This document shows positions 62,066 to 64,000 of a stretch of 64,000 bases of DNA, piece after piece. The position numbers and the translations under genes are program-made. Source of the stretch: Utricularia gibba (Eukaryota > Plantae > Magnoliophyta). Below the pieces are notes generated by a model, which was not told the origin of the DNA, did not search any database, and saw nothing but the letters and a program-made list of their open reading frames with translations. The stretch covers positions 620,001 through 684,000 of the forward strand of contig NEEC01000016.1 of the NCBI GenBank assembly GCA_002189035.1, read 5' to 3'. The stretch's first letter is position 1; each line of letters opens with the position of its first letter.

Positions 62066-63243
62066 ATGGGTGTGGTTGGGCCTGAAAACTGCTGGGATGC
62101 GTATGTCAATAGCATGGCTGGGGAGGACAACTTCGATAACTTGTTCAATATTCTGGACTTCTCTATGGACAGTCTCGAAGGAAATGATTTTGTGGGTGAC
62201 TGTGATATTGAATCACAGTGTCTTGAGCCTATTCCATCGAATCTGTTGATCGAGCCGTTGTTGGATAATGGCCCGCTGTGTTTATCATCTGAACCAGCTG
62301 CTTCTGTGAGTTTGTTTTCCAAATACAGTGATTTTTTCCTGTGTTTTTGAAGTAGCTTCATATGTATGATCTTTGGGGAGGGATATGCCGAGGCACTCGT
62401 ATGCTGCAGTATGAGTTGATCATGTGATCAGCATATTTTTAATCAGCATTGTCGATTTTAGCTGCTTCTGCTTGTTCTAATCATGTTTTTTTTTTTCTGT
62501 AGTTGAATCATCCTTCAAAGATTAGTGACGCTCAGGGGACAAATCAAGGTTCAGAGAATATTCAAGTATCATCCAGCTCTGATATCCTCCAGCATGTTGA
62601 TCCCCATGGGGTGAGTGAGTCCAGATTTTGCCAGACTCAGAGCCCTAACTCAGTTCTTGAAAGCAGTGGATGTTCATCACGGAAAGCCGGTGTGCATGTG
62701 CCGGTCCGGGCGAGGTCCAAACGTGTGAGATCTGGTGTGAACCCATGGCTGGCTGCATCAAATTTTGTTAGTGTTACTGCATCAGCTTCCAAGAGAGTTT
62801 CAAATGCCAAAAAAGAGAGGGAGCAGAAGAAAAAGATGTCACCTCCTTATCCAGTTGCTAAGGAAAATGAAAACAACATCCTGCATACAGTTGAAAACTC
62901 TCCTCATGTATCAGATAAGGTTGAGTCAGCTGCAGTTACCAAAAAATGCACACATTGTCAAGTGACGAAGACTCCTCAATGGAGGGAGGGGCCAAGAGGT
63001 CCCAAGACTCTCTGCAATGCCTGTGGTGTTCGCTATCGATCAGGCCGGCTTTACCCGGAGTATAGGCCAGCAGCAAGTCCTACATTTGTTCCAACTCTCC
63101 ACTCAAATTCCCACAAGAAGGTGATTGAAATGAGGAACAAGGGAAGACATGCGCCTGGTACTATGAATGGTTCTGCCTCTTCTCCAGTTTCTGGCCTTGA
63201 TCCAATGGATAGTACTGGGAGCTACTGGAAAAATTACATCTAG
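62066..63243 (+). CDS. GATA zinc-finger transcription factor (subfamily A), 2 coding exons
   Basis: Acidic N-terminal exon; VPVRARSKR; [59 protein letters not shown] (C-X2-C-X18-C-X2-C). Confidence 0.96.
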
Positions 63244-64000
63244 CTAGAGGAAAAAAGAGGTTGAGTTAGGATCTAATCCTGATATGAATTCTTTTTTTCC
63301 AGATGAGAGCAGTTTGTAGCATAGAGACCATGTACAAAAAGCTGGATGCTGAGGCAGTAGCAAGTGTAGGAAAGTTGGGTTTCTTGTAATATGGTTTGTT
63401 TGTTGGATTGATATTTACCTTCAATAGCTTTCCCTTCAATTCCCTGCATTGTTATCAAACCTCACAACCAGGAACACCATGGTTGCAGAATTTACCCAAA
63501 GCACCTGTTGACAAAGAAGAAGGTGAGGCAATGAACATCTGTCCCTTCCTCTGAAAGGAATGCATGCTCGTACCGTGGATACATACGCACCAGACAGATT
63601 CACGAATCCCTGAAAACTTCCCAGGGTTTTGGCCAAAGTCAACAAAAGCATGATCAAGTTTGTCTCAGCACCTCACGAAAGTGGGCTAGGTTTACAGGCG
63701 ACAAAACACAGTGCAGAAGACAGAAACACACAGTACATACTATCTTAGCAAACCAAAACCAGAACAGTCACCGATCAACCACAACAGAGCGAATTTTACG
63801 AGGAAACCCAATACGGGAGAAAAACCCTGCGGCGTTTTTCCTCTGGCTCGGTGAAGTTTTCACTACAGCAAGCTCAAGCCTCAAAATAGAGCAAACAAGT
63901 TACAAAGCAATCCCCTTACCCATCAGAGCGTTTCCTTCCACCACCAACCCACAGGTAATTCTCCTGGGAAAGCCGATCAATTTCTCTGAATCTCCGACGA

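Noticed and set aside
1-64000. Prokaryotic features (operons, CRISPR arrays, defence systems) and most short ORFs in the track
   Set aside because: The sequence is intron-containing plant nuclear DNA. No regularly spaced repeat-spacer array was seen, and most listed ORFs are antisense or off-frame shadows of exons or start at GTG/TTG.

Overview
This is eukaryotic DNA: a gene-dense flowering-plant nuclear region with short GT-AG introns (mostly about 75-100 nt) and short AT-rich spacers. That compactness would fit a miniature genome such as a Lentibulariaceae species, but this is inference only. I can support about 20 protein-coding genes: remorin, MAPKKK, PAB, LRR-RLK, 2OG-dioxygenase, ceQORH, a CGL160/Atp1-like membrane protein, root-type ferredoxin, an alpha/beta-hydrolase, a CX9C protein, RPP2, an At4g22758-like protein, CSLA, SOSEKI, glyoxalase I, ABCG3, SnRK1 beta3, a DUF707 protein, TPST and a GATA factor. 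There are also three gene relics eroded by internal deletions (CLF, CKS, Cpn60-alpha), a LINE ORF1 remnant and MITE-like inverted repeats. The most interesting signals are non-coding and invisible in the ORF track: (1) a Pol III-type unit at 10313-10476 (-) in which a tRNA-Gly-derived element lacking a normal anticodon arm sits directly upstream of a box C/D snoRNA-like sequence; (2) a canonical MIR172 hairpin followed 1.4 kb later by a diverged but still base-paired MIR172 paralogue, with a miR172-complementary site between them. Also notable are a CURLY LEAF gene whose N-terminus is fused directly to the end of the SET domain, and an uncharacterised protein with a perfect C-X9-C-X9-C-X9-C motif. 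Eight apparent -1 frameshifts (seven in otherwise intact genes, one in the CLF relic) all fall in short C/G runs and are most likely assembly errors. All family assignments come from recognising motifs by eye; no database search was run.
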